Shown in pieces: positions 24,401 to 35,700 of a DNA stretch of 64,000 bases. The notes beneath the pieces are model-generated. The model saw only the letters and a program-made list of their open reading frames with translations. It was not told where the DNA came from and did no database searches. Every line of letters starts with the position of its first letter. Positions within the stretch are counted from its first letter, which is position 1. Made by a program: the position numbers and the translations under genes. The DNA comes from Podospora anserina (Eukaryota). Where the stretch lies: positions 496,001 to 560,000 of the forward strand of contig CM030334.1 in NCBI GenBank assembly GCA_017654855.1, written 5' to 3'.

Positions 24401-24451
24401 GGGTGGCCAGTCTTGGGACAGGGTAGCGTTGTTTTGACTCCGTCTCCTTAG
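21434..24451 (+). CDS. Secreted Kex2-processed repeat polyprotein (1005 aa, intronless)
   Basis: Signal peptide MAGSVFALSLLGLGAVQA, regularly spaced KR sites including KR-EAEA and KR-DAES spacers, six tandem repeats ending FTPGKR, and C-terminal Pro-rich 11-aa repeats. Third codon positions are strongly C/G biased. Confidence 0.92.
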   Translation: MAGSVFALSLLGLGAVQAAPSAPTVETRQIWIGDGGGVFWPGPDQPIAPCLENGSGAPQAPCLLPPIPGDVTLPPGFYLPPKDKRDAESVDKRQIWIGDGGSQFIPGQGPLKPCLVTIPLKGQPPCLLGPILTVPKNKRGVEARQTLIIGGPPGSLNPGNPGLPGGGMPVCLPSVPLDQQPPCMLPPISGGGGGLILPPNWPAPSFPPKEKREAEAPKPPKLTLPPDYATNTKQVIVRLEARLVALQNKKYKTKQDIELIKDLKEALLYLAGITNISAPPGTGTSFTPGKRSEDVFQLLPPDYITNTKKVIETLQRELIVLQNKRRKTKDDIAKIQAIKDALLYLAGITHISAPPGSGSTFTPGKRDTFKLPPDATTNPKRVIEQLEKELIALQNKRHKTKEDLQLIADYKAALLYLAGITNISAPPGSGSTFTPGKRDVFKLPPDATTNPKRVIQQLETELIALQNKPNKTKADYELIADYKAALLYLAGITNISAPPGSGSTFTPGKRDAVFKLPPDAATNPKKFIVQIEKDLVLLQNKKNKSKADLELIAAYKAALHYLAGITNISAPPGTGTSFTPGKRDVIFKLPPDAATNPKKFIVQIEKDLVVLQNKKNKTKEDYQLIAAYKAALKHLAGITNISAPPGSETSFTPGKRSPVVDVNAVGAYEKLCPNIKGAQDALQQMLLKDQLTAEEMVVVRALINFLRGCGVEPGEGPSYGPILTVPKRNTPVLSAEFDLAGLEEAYKELLTTAQLATAAGQPSFANWITLSTIADILELYGVKVDRSLHVLTPLPKRQADSITIGGRTCKVIDILGLRAALAALQIAYGEDVTKAPTTIFLIQQVIVTALQLCGQSVPGWTVIVPGNPVPGGPIVPQPTVPGGPLVPEPNVPGSPVVPQPTIPGGPLVPEPYVPGAPIVPQPTIPGGPLKPSDKRQAPGLSNATELLAALNILEKAYGTYGSGTIPVPVWLIMVNLVTILQTIPGTVVPGWPVLGQGSVVLTPSP
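22070..23401 (+). repeat. Six coding tandem repeats (~216-237 bp; 72-79 aa)
   Basis: Each unit reads LPPDxxTNxKxxIxxLExxLxxLQNKxxKTKxDxxLIxxYKxALxYLAGITNISAPPGxGxxFTPGKR. Confidence 0.95.
24041..24226 (+). repeat. Coding 33-bp (11-aa) Pro-rich repeats, ~5.5 copies
   Basis: PGGPIVPQPTV / PGGPLVPEPNV / PGSPVVPQPTI / PGGPLVPEPYV / PGAPIVPQPTI / PGGPLKP. Confidence 0.9.
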
Positions 24452-25574
24452 AGTGGTATCGGGGTTGGGAGTGTTATATGATATCCAGAGAAGAAGGCGG
24501 CGAGACAAAAAGGGGGCTTGATTCAGCGATGGGTCGGGTTTGCGGGTGGTGCTAAAATCCCCTTTTTGAAGTCTTTTTATTTATTTTCTTTTACTTTGTT
24601 CTAGTCAAGCTCGAGGTGTATCCCTATTTTTCCTTGACACACGCGCGTAATCTTTTTCGCGTCTGGTCTTCCCTGTTCTTTTTAGGCTTGATTGACTCCT
24701 CTTTTGTCTTTTGACCTGGTCTTTCCAGTCCAGGTACCATCTGTTCGTGACTGTGCTCTCAAGGTGCTGGTTAAGCTTATAGCTTCATACCATTGATACA
24801 GGGCTTTGCTTGCCATCGGTGATATGCCTTTTAGATCATGATACATTCCACGTGAACCCCCTGATCTCTTTCGTCTCATCACGCATGGTTTACTTCCATG
24901 CCCGGTTCAACAGCGTCAGCATTGGATAGTTACAGTAGCTCGCCCGCCATGAGACAGCACTGATCAAGTGGAAACACATGTCAAATCCTTTCATCTCAAC
25001 CCTTGTCGCCGTCTTACTTACTCATATGAGAACCTAATCTTCATATTTTCACATAAGAATACCACGATCTCCTGTCGCAACAATAACAACCTCCCAGTAA
25101 CGACTAGAAACTTCTCTCCGCATTACGCCCATCGCCTCTAAACCTCCTGCCATCAAGCTCCCGGCGTCATTCCCCCCCAATCGCTTGAGATCCTGTAGTG
25201 GCAATTTCCTCCGGGGATCCTCTCAACGGCTGGGTCCAAGGCTGACAGGTATATACTTCTGACACGTCCCCTCCCCACAGATGCCGTGGTCTAAGATCGT
25301 CACTCCACGCCGTCAGAATGGGTCGACAGCGTGAAACTCAATACTTCTGTCAAGGGCTCAAGCTACCGAGCGACGAACTCCCACATGACATTACCATCAG
25401 ACAACCGTGGCTTAAAATGGGTTGAGGGGGAAGATGACTCGTCCGTTTATCGGGATTCCCCGCAGGCCGTTGCTGAATCTATGTTGGTGTGCTTCTACGC
25501 GTAGGGATCGTATCGTCTCAGCCACAGAGGACTCGCGAGGACTTCGGATGCAGGCTTTATGCTTCTCACGACTG

Positions 25575-26677
25575 GGACCTATTCACAATTCTTGACCTAC
25601 GTTCGACCTACGCTGGACCTACGATGGACCTACGATGGACCTAGCTGGGCCTTGGTGTCTCTTTTTCCAGCGGTCTTTGGACCTATCCTGGACCTTTTTG
25701 GACCTAGAATAATCATTTATCGGACCGTTGGGCCTTTCCTGGACCTGTTTTTCCCCCCCCCTTATCCGAGAGCTGTTCAGCCCTCTTGCCACCCCCCCAA
25801 GACTAAACCTTCTGGTCTAACTGAAGCCACTCCCCAAGCTCCGGAGAAGCTAGGTCCAACGCGATTGCATATACAAGTCCATGAGGTCCATTAGGTCCCT
25901 TTATTTTTTGTTTTGGGGTTCACAAGACAGACAGCTCCCTAGGTCCGCGCCACGTTTCACGCGGACCTAAAACGACTGGACCTAACGGTCAGAAAACTCG
26001 GGAGCATCTCCTCGTCGCTTGGTTTACTGAGGCGGACGACCAACTGAAGCCCCTTAGACCCATTGGCACTCGGTTTTGTTCTCCTGTAGGTCCCCACTCG
26101 TAGGTCCAAACGGGGGGGGGGGCGTGTGTGTGATGGATGGAGGACGTCTGGTGTTTACTTTGCTTCCATTTCCGGATGCAGCCAGCCCCTTTTACCACTT
26201 CCCCCCTTTGACCGAGTCTGAGAGACATGTAGACAACCTTGGAATCATGCAGAGGGGCCGCGCTCTTCTCCCCGGAACCGGCACTAGGTCCGGTAGGTCC
26301 CTTTCGCCGTCTCCCTCACGAGCACCTGACCCTCACAGCAACGGTTCGTGTCGCATCCTGGACGGACCTAACTCTCTTGTTCATGGACCTACACCACCAA
26401 CCCACATCTGATCAGTCAGCAGCATCTTTTCCCTCCCGTGGAAAAGCTGTGCCACATCTGCCTAGGTACGGTAGCCCCTCTCCCTGTCTTCTCAACTCAC
26501 ATGAGCGACCGGCCGCATGCAGCTCCACCGTCTCTACTGCGCAACAAAAGCCTGCCGGGTTTTCCTCAAATTCACAATCATGCATCATGGATGGATGGTG
26601 GTGTGGGTTGTAGGCAAGGACCAGACCATAGATCGAAAGCATCTGGACCTTTTCCCATACCACCGTAGTGTAGGTCC
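25575..26677. repeat. Dispersed GGACCTA/TAGGTCC motif field with an 11-bp tandem array and a 10-bp inverted repeat
   Basis: I counted 18 exact 7-mers in both orientations. TGGACCTACGA-like 11-bp units run ~25591-25645, and TAGGTCCGCG-N10-CGCGGACCTA lies at 25940-25969. Confidence 0.85.
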
Positions 26678-26929
26678 AAGGCAGATAGAAGAAAACCACG
26701 CCATCAACCGCTTTTTTCAAATCAAGTTTCTTTTCTTTTTTTTTTCTTTTTTTGGGTAAGGGGGGGGGCGGACATATGGGGTGTGTTTGATGAATACCGT
26801 CGAGATAGAGGGGAACAAGCCGGGCATGCCGGCAGTGTCTCCTACTGGTTTTTCTAGTAACTGGGCACACATCTCCACAAGCAAGTGGGTTGATATTGCA
26901 TGCTGCATCATGCTGTGCGGCAACCGATA

Positions 26930-26931
<2 letters not shown>

Positions 26932-26967
<36 letters not shown>
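26932..26967. repeat. (CT)n microsatellite
   Basis: Long TC run. Confidence 0.9.
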
Positions 26968-26971
<4 letters not shown>

Positions 26972-29900
26972 AGAATCTGGAGATAGCCACACAGGCAGAC
27001 AGACAGCTATGGTGGAGAGATAATAGGGAAAATGCCCGTGATAGCCGGCCACACACACCACCTTTAGTTTGAGGAACCAAACCAAATTTGCTGTTGATGT
27101 GGTAGGTAGGTAGTATGCGGAGAAAAAGAGTCAAAAGACAAGAAAACTGAAGAGTTGCACTGCCACACCAAGGCATGGTCTGGTGGGAGAAAGTATGTAC
27201 GCCAAGGAGGCGAAAAGCAGGAAACGAGATCCATCATGAGCATGTTTGTGGCTTGCCTATTTTACCCCGTGCTCTGCATGTTTTATCGACGGCTATACTC
27301 CGGTCGTTGGAGCTGCTGTGCATGAGGTCTGAGAGGCAGCAATCTGCAATCCTCGTAGGTTGGTTGACTCAGGCACCCGCCTACCAGCCAAGAGGGAGGT
27401 CGGAGTCGTCCCAACTCTCTTTACCTGAGCGGTGTGATTTAGACTTCCAGAATAAATCTCCATTCCCCTAGCTTTTGCCTAGGCAGTAGTATACTTATGC
27501 AAGATTCAACAACCTGGGCTGGAGGTATGCCGGCCGGCTGGTTCATCACATCTTGTCCAGTCCCTCCTTGGTGATCTTGGTCAAGATCTCTGCGGTCATC
27601 ATTGTTCGGATATTAATTCCGGCAGCACACATGATGATGATGACTGTGTCCGCTCCTACACAGAGTACGGACTGACAAGCTCACACTTGTTGAGACGGAC
27701 CGGACCGGGCTTACTCTCCGCGCCGCTCACCTTGGTGTTGGTGTCAGCCCCCAGACTCTCTCTCCGCAATATATGTAGGTTCGTACATAGGTCTGTCGGC
27801 GGCGTGGAGCTTACCGCAGACAGAACCGAACACGGCATAATATCAATGTGTGCGCTTGTGGCGCTGTTCACACTCAAATGTTTCCAAAAGCTTCGCAAGC
27901 TCCATGAAGAACGTCTTGATATCCCCATTCAGGCATGACTTTCACACCTTGGATCGTCAACAGCTGGAAATCAGAATCGGACTGGTGATAGCGCACCAGT
28001 AGCGCAGGTAACACCACGTCTTCCGTCTGCACCAGACCTGCAAGCCTGCGCCTTGACGGTTCAGATTTCCCCTTTCTTTGTCTCGTGCAGCATGGGAAGG
28101 CGGACTGGACTTTCAAAGACCCAGAGCCATATCACCCAACCCACATGCCATCCCAATATCAGAACAGGATGCATTGCCGACAAGCCGCTGCGTGTCTCTC
28201 TCACTGGTCGACTTCCCATCTTCACCGCCATGTTTTCCAAAGCCCAATCGAAAACGGCGGCGCCGGGTGGTTGTGCCTTCATGCATCTGCAATCGTTTGC
28301 TGCTTGATGGTTGACAGTCGCTGATTGGTGTCTGGGCCAAGAAAGCCGATGATGCAGCAAGAAAGAGGTGCTGTGTGGCAGCCCAAGCACGCTCCGGCGG
28401 GGACGCTAATGCAAGCACTTAAGCACTCGCGTCTTGATCCCCTCTCTGTCTGTCTTGTCTTGTCTTGTCTTGTCTGGCCTGTGGTGGCCCAGCTGGGAGC
28501 GGTTGCATTCGGGTCTGTTTCTTGTTCAGGCTTTGGCCCTGTCTTGTTCTGGTCTTGGTTTTCTTTGCTGATAAGCAAAAAAAGAGAAGCAGGAGAAGGC
28601 CCGAGGGAAGCTAGTGTCAGAACCCCGCTTGGGTATTGTCAAAGTGTCATGTCAATCGCTTGCTGTCAGTGCTAAGACAGGCTACGCACGGTAGGTCGCC
28701 TTTTTTGGCCACCCGTCCATCATCACCTCACCGACACCGAGGCCTTGGGAGAGGCGGCCCGGCGTTTTTGTTTCCTTTGTTTTCCGCCAGACCGGTTCCA
28801 AGCGAAGAGCAACACGGGAGAGAGAGAGATAGCGCCATCCACAGAGGCGGGACGGTTGCTAGTGACGAGCAGGAATTTCTCGAATTTCTCAGCAAACAGA
28901 CAAAGAAATGAGCAGTTATTCAGATTGGGGGAGGGCCGATGACGCGATTTGTTCAAGGGGAAAGTGCCTATCACGTGTGGGCTGCCCCTCCGGTTCTGTC
29001 GGTCAAAGATCTGAGTAGGTCGTGTCGTATGCTGTAGACAAGAAGGAAAAAACTCTTCGGGTCACACACTGGCGAAGATCAGGAGAGGGAAATTTGTCGA
29101 GGCCAATCTTGGCGCCACTGGGTGTCATTGTGGTGACCAGTGGTGGTTGGAAAAGAGGGAAGCTGGGAAAAGGAGGGGCACGAGAGAGAGAGAGAGAGAG
29201 GTTGGGCCGATGGAGGGGTAAGTCGATGAGCAGCTCTGAGTGGCCCATGCTCCACCACACCGCCTGCTTTTCCCCCTTCAGTTATGAGATGAGGTGAAGC
29301 GTGAGGCTGCCAGCCATCATACTACAGGTATCATAACAAATAACAACCTGATCGACTTACTGGGTTGCAGCGTAGGCTGTAGCAAATAGCGCGCTTGCCG
29401 GAGAAAGCCCACCGCCTTCTCTGACTCTACAATGTTAATTTACAACTGCATCTGGGTCCTGGGAGAGATCACCGTCTGATTGGACCTCAGCACAGCACGC
29501 CACGTCGCCCTACATTTCTGGACAGCAGCATATACATCCGTACCATGCGCGCATGCATCATTCATGCATGCATGCAGCCCTAGATTTTTCCCCCTCTTCT
29601 CACTTGCCCCGATGTGACTGGTCCTCTACGCCCGATTGTGGTGCTGGTGTGGTTGCGGTGAGGTCCATAGTGGGTGGTATCGCCAATCTCCCTTCCACCA
29701 CACAGCAAATAGGATGAACGGGTTGGGTGGAAGGCTGGCCGATGCGCGTCACCCAGACTGTTTCCTTCTGTCCCGTGCCTTTGTGACCTCGTCCGACGGG
29801 CGTAGATTGACTGAGATATCGGGACACAAGGTGTGTGACAGTGGCAACTGCAACGCGAGGCGACGGCACACTGCAACGGTACGGTACTTGTTTTCGACAG

Positions 29901-31154
29901 AACCGACCGAAAGAGCGACAGATGCGAGCCGTTTCCTTTGACCAGTCCAGTCATTCTTCATCATCATCCTCATCATCATCAGCATAGAGCACCAGTCACG
30001 TGTGGCCACTGCCCCTGAATGACCAGTTGCTGTTTGTTTGTTGTGGTGGTGCTGTTGTGTCCAGAATCACTGGACAGCAAGCCCAAAAAGTAATTGTATT
30101 TTCAAAACGTATGTAGTGTTTGCCGCGCGAGAAACAACACCCCACGCCGGCGTGTCTGGGCTCTTGACCCAAAAGCCGTGTCTAGCAATAATTTGTTCCC
30201 TCCCCTCGTCGCCATGGTTCCATCTCTGCATGTTAACCCCCCTTTCCACAAGAAACGTAAACGTAACGTAATAGTAATGGCAACCACAGCGAAACAAAAG
30301 CGTAAAAACTGGTATCATCATGCCTCGGGCAAGAAACAGAAAAAACCGCATGCCTCTCTCTCTCTCTCTTCCACCCCTTTCTATTGCCGATAAATGATGC
30401 TCAAAAAAAAACGTAAACATATTTCCAACGTCGATGTTTGATCCTGACTGCCAACACATGGCAGAGCCAGAGCAAAGAGAAAATTGATCCAAGTGTCCAC
30501 CGGGGTATTAGATAGAAAAAAAAGACCACGTCAACAAAGCCCTTCCCCCCCTCCCCCCCAAAAAAAAGATCCGCTGCTCCTCCATGTCCTTCTTGGAACA
30601 CGTGGCAGTGAAAAACTCCAAAAATGTATCCCATTCCCCATCGATCCGAGTGCGCCGATATTGATGCAATCCCTATACGGATAGTTATTCCCCAAAACAA
30701 AAAGAAGCAGGAGAAACACCGCCGACCGCTTTCTTTCCCCTATCCCCCAGGGTTTGATGTGAAACCCAACTCCACGCTTTGTATCCAAAAAAGACAAAAT
30801 ACCGTCCCGATCCTGCCCCACTTGTAGAAAATACATTTTGGTTTTGATAGAAAATATAGACATTGAAGAAATTTGGTTCCTTTTTGGTGTTCCGGGTCTG
30901 AAGTCGGCTTTGGGCGCTCCTTGCCGTGGCAAGAAGAAAACGAAAAGGCTACCGGGTATATTATATTCGAGAATGAATGAGAGAGACGCAAGAAAAATGA
31001 GATAAACGTTGTAGGTGATCAAGCTTTGTGTGCATGATCTTCGCTCGAGGTATCGAGCCGCGAGGGTCAAAAGACGAAAGCGAATAAACAGAGGATCCGA
31101 GGCAAGAAAGTCCAATCCTGGCTGAGGGGGGGGGGAGAGTCCAAAGAGTCCGGC

Positions 31155-32707
31155 TTAGTAGCAACCTTGCATGGCAAACAAGGGAACCTGATGATGGAAT
31201 GGAACCGGGTGGTGAAGCTGCGGTGGTTGAGCAAACTTCAACATGTCCCAGACATACTGGTGCAACTGTTGGAACTTTGGTGGCGCGCATACCGGCTGGA
31301 CAGGGACATGCAAGGGCTGCACTGGATGCACTGGATGCATATACTCCTGTTGGGGGTGGTAGGCCACAACTCTGGGTTCCTCTGGTGCCTCGTAGATGGG
31401 CGGGGTCTTGGCCTCTGGGATGTCCTCGAACAAGTCGTCTTCGTCCTCCTCGAGGTCTCCGATGCTTGAGCATGACGAGGTGAGTGATCCTTCGTCGGAC
31501 GAGCATGTCGACTCTCCGTCTGACGAAGCAGGGGAGAGCGGCTCATCGTAGTCGAATTCGTCGTCGTCTTCAATAGCCGATCCATCGGCAACGTAAACGG
31601 TGGTGTGCCCCGGCGAGGCCGGCGGCGTCGACAGAACCTGTGCTGTCGGTTGTTCGGTGAACTGGGAGCAGGCGAGTATCCTCGCCCGCAGTTCGGAGAG
31701 GGTGATTCTCTGATCCGGGTTCCGGGTAAAAATCCTTCCAAGGATGTCGTTCAACTCGTCCGATACGGGAAGGATAGTCTTGAGAAAATCCTGGCTTCTC
31801 GCGTAGGCACGGTAAGTAGAGTCTTCATGGGATGCTTGCTTCCACGGGTTGCGCCCGCAGGTGAGGTTCACCAGGACGACGCCAAGGCTCCAGACGTCAT
31901 TGGGGGCACAATAATAAAAAGGTCTCCTTGACGAATGGTCCAGGCATTCTGGAAGGGAAGGAAAAGAGAAGCGTTAGTGGGTGCCCAGGGCGAATTGACA
32001 GGAAGCTTAGAGGGGTGACACCTACCTGGTGACATGTAAAAGGTTGAGCCGCAGCCGTAATCATCGGACCGCTCCGAGGCAATGGCCAGGCCAAAATCTG
32101 CCAGCTTGACAGTCTCTCCTTGGTCAGATACCAGAATGTTTTCCGGCTTCAGGTCCCGGTGGTAAATCCCCAGGTTGTGGCAGTGCTCCACGGCGTCCAG
32201 GATCTGGAGGAAAACCCTCTTGGCCAGTTCATCCTTACCAACATAGCGGCCGCACTCGGTGATGTTGTAAAACAGGTCACCTTCGGGGCAGTACTCGAGG
32301 ATAACGTAGGTGCAGTCAGGAAAGTCGATGATCTTGAGCATGGACACTACGTTGGGATGGGCTGAGGCGGTGTAGTGAAGCTTGATCTCCCTGGTCTGAA
32401 AGGCGACTTGACGACGATCCAGCGGGGTCCCGTCGGCATTGAACTTGCTAAGGCACTTGACGGCATAACGAACATTGGTGTGGATGTCGACAGCAGAGTA
32501 GACGACGCCATACGCGCCGGTTCCCGCGATGCCCGTCAGCTGGAGCGAGGGCGTGATGAACTTTCCTAACCTCTCCTCGGGGGCAACGGGCACATATCGC
32601 GGTTGCTGGTGGTGGGCGGCATGATACTGGTTTGGAATGGCACACCTCTGACCGAATGCTGGTGATGCTGGCGGAGTGGGATATCCGAACATTGGAACAT
32701 GCTGCAT
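31155..32707 (-). CDS. ran1: Ser/Thr protein kinase, Ran1/Pat1 (Sks1/Vhs1)-like
   Basis: [20 protein letters not shown]...[35 protein letters not shown] (split by intron 31949-32025), PNDVWSLGV and NLTCGRNPW, followed by an acidic and Pro/Gln/His-rich tail. Confidence 0.88.
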
Positions 32708-35700
32708 GATCTGGGGAAGTGAGGTGACTGGGTTGGTTTGCGTTGTGAGTGGGCCTTTGCTTTGGGCAATCCGGCCTTCCAGGTGTTAAGAGAGTGCGGA
32801 AAGGAAACAAGTGTAGAAATATGTAGTCAAGAGAAGAAACAAGCTATTCCCCGAAAAAAAGCCTCGGCTTAGGGATGGGTTGTGTCCTCAAGAGCAGAAG
32901 ATTTAAAATAAGGGCTTCCTTTGTTCTCCCACGGGCTGACCTCGGTGACTCTCCTCGGGTGAGCAGGCGCAGGTCTGGTGGCCGCGTCCGGGCTGGGCTG
33001 GTAACAAAGGTGCAGGCAGGTCAAACTTGAACCGAGTGAACGAGTCAAGCCGTCGTGATTAAAGGTGTGTAAGGTCGGCAGAAAGGTGAAGAAAAAGGAG
33101 GAGTCGGAGCAGCAGTGGTCGGCAAAGGGGTGGAAGAAGGGGAGTTCGTCGAGATTAAAGAGTGTCGAGAAGGGCGGTGGAAGAGGGGGAGTGAAGCATC
33201 GGTGATGCGGGCTGGATGGAATGTCGATGATATTTGTCGATACAGATAGCAGTGACTGGCTCGCCCGCTGGTCTCTGCCGCCCCGTTCTCCGTCAAAGGC
33301 CGGTACCAGTTGTGCCCCCCTGCTTCCCTGCCCCCTTCCTCCTTCTGCTTCCTGGTCCCTTGCCCTTGGCCATCTCTTTGAATTGCGTGGTTTCGCCGTC
33401 GTGATCCCGCGGCTTGATTGGCGGGCGAAGCCCATGTCAGACTGGGCCCGGTGGACCAAGAATTTTCTCTGATTGACCAGACATGGGTGGCCCCCGGTAC
33501 GTATCTTGTGTGAGTGTGGCCCCTTCGATGCCCTGGATGGGCACAGGCCAGCACATCCTGTCTTCAGACCCATGGCACAATGCGCCAACCTATTCTTAAT
33601 CTTGGGTGCGCGGCGCTAGTGGTGTGTGGGTGCTGGTAGTGCTGGTGCGTGCTCGGCGTGCTAGTGGTGGCCAAGATGGAGGGGCCTAATCCTCAAGAGG
33701 CTTTGCCGCTAATGCACAGCGAGAGTGATTTGTGACGACGAGCCATTACGAGGACAAGGGCTGGGCTGACACACACAACACACGCCCACTCCACGTCGCC
33801 CGCTGTCCACTCAGACGATGTGTGTGTCACTCACGCCCCTCGAGAAGCGAGAGGAAGGTGTGTCTTGGCTTGGGAATGGGGTGTGGTTCCATGGTCTGTC
33901 TGTTTCTCTCTGTCGGACACTCATCACTGGGCGACAGCGGCTGGGGGAAGGCAAAAAATGCCATCTGCCGCCGGTCTGTCGCTCACCCTGGGCAGTCTTT
34001 TCTCAGGAAATGATGACGGAGAATTCGATAGGCAAGCCGACTAATTGTGGCTCAGACGCTCTCAGACTGGGGCCGGCAATCTATCGAATCGAGCGAAATC
34101 CCTAGCTTCTGGGGAAGACGGCAACCGTCGAGAAGTTTGTGCTTTGCACGTGGTGACTGTTTGCGCGAAAAGTCAGCAGCTCACCAAACCAAGGGTCTCC
34201 CTTCCTGTGGCTCATCAGTTGTCGATGTGTCTCTCTTAAACTGAGCAACCGGGTCCGGTCGAGCCGCACCGCCCCTCAGTGCTCCGTAGTGCGGTTTGTC
34301 ACAATCGTCAGTTGATGATGATGATGCCTTCCGTGAATGTTCCAGCGGACTTGGAGGGCTAGCAAAGCCGAGAGTGGCCCCTGCGCCTCTGATCAGAGTG
34401 GGAAGGGATTCACCAGACCTGCAGAGTGATATCCTCTTGCCGTATATTTGATGCGAGATAGGTAAGTAGCACGCCCGTAATATGGATAAACACCCCAAAC
34501 ACCCAGTCTGGCATCGGTGTGGTGTGCGGTATCACCTTGTCAGCGCTCAATGGATGTGAATGGGCGCACCTTGGCAGGGCGCCCGACGGTGGGTCGGCTC
34601 ATCAGCTTAGCGATGAGCTCACACCAGAAGGCGGCCAAAGCCACCGATGTCTCGACGCCGTCGTGCCCAGCGGGACGATCACGCTCCACCAAATGGCCCC
34701 AAATGCCGTTGGATGATGGGGTCATTGAAATTCATCGTCATAAGCTATGTGTCTACCATTATATCCGAAAGGATCTGAAGGATGGGTCCCAAGGAAGGAA
34801 AAAGGCATCAGCACCAGCATCATCCAATCCGTCCGACGGCGCCTCGTCTGACCCAGAGGCACACCACTTTGCTGCTCTGGGACAAGTGAGGCTGTCAACC
34901 CCGGTCTGCTGCCCCAGAACTTCAAAATGGCCTGTGCAGGAAAACAGAACATCCCGTCATCGGTGGCTTTCCCAAACATCAACAATTCAAGCAGAGGCAC
35001 GTGAATCGCGGGTGATATTTCTCGACGAAACATGACCAGTGTGCGAGGGTGTTTCATCGCGCCGAGGTACATTTCCTGTCTGGTAATCTTCGTAGGTGGT
35101 AGGCACGTCCAATATTGTATGTATCAATATCAATATGGTTGTAGATCTGTGGCACAGGCATCTGGAGAAAGCCGTCAGCTGGCAGCGTGTTGTGCCGTTG
35201 GTTGGCTTTTGACAAGAAGAACAGGCGCCCAGGCCGCAGGTGGCCGCTTCAACAAGAACGTCATATTTTCTCCCCCAACAATTCGTGTGCAAACCGCGGG
35301 CCGTTTGGACAGACCACCGTCGCAGGCGCCATCTCAAAAGCTGCCAAAAGGCCAACCCCGGTGGATCGGGGAGAGGGTCTTGACATCGGGTCACTGCATC
35401 ATCCATCAAGCGGCTCGACGGTTTTAGTAGCAAGAGCAAGAGGAAGAGAGAAGAATATTGGTCAGGTTCGAAACTCACCGCCGTCTACACCCGCGAACCC
35501 TCATCGGACCAGTCAGAGTCTCTGCCTGGGCTCGGCTGAGATTGCTGGGTAGCACGATGGCAACCTTTCGTGCGCGGGAATCAGGTCCTGGACCATGGGA
35601 CGCTTCGAGAAACCCTTCTGACAGACCAGTGGTCCAGTATTGCCTGCGCGTCACTGAACGGCCGGTGAAAAGCAACATCATCCACTTCATCCACATCATT

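Noticed and set aside
25575-26677. Possible CRISPR-like array (short repeats with unique spacers)
   Set aside because: The repeat core is only 7 bp, spacing is irregular, both orientations occur, the context is eukaryotic and there are no cas genes.
27631-27675. ATGATGA...CTGA resembling C/D snoRNA boxes
   Set aside because: Too short, the ATG run is a trinucleotide microsatellite, and I saw no terminal stem or recognisable guide.
29544-29576. CATGCGCGCATG palindrome and (CATG)n run
   Set aside because: Short low-complexity alternating purine-pyrimidine sequence with no supporting context.
32869-33588. 239-aa ORF upstream of the kinase
   Set aside because: It spans promoter and pyrimidine-rich leader sequence, lacks coding bias and motifs, and is likely a chance ORF.
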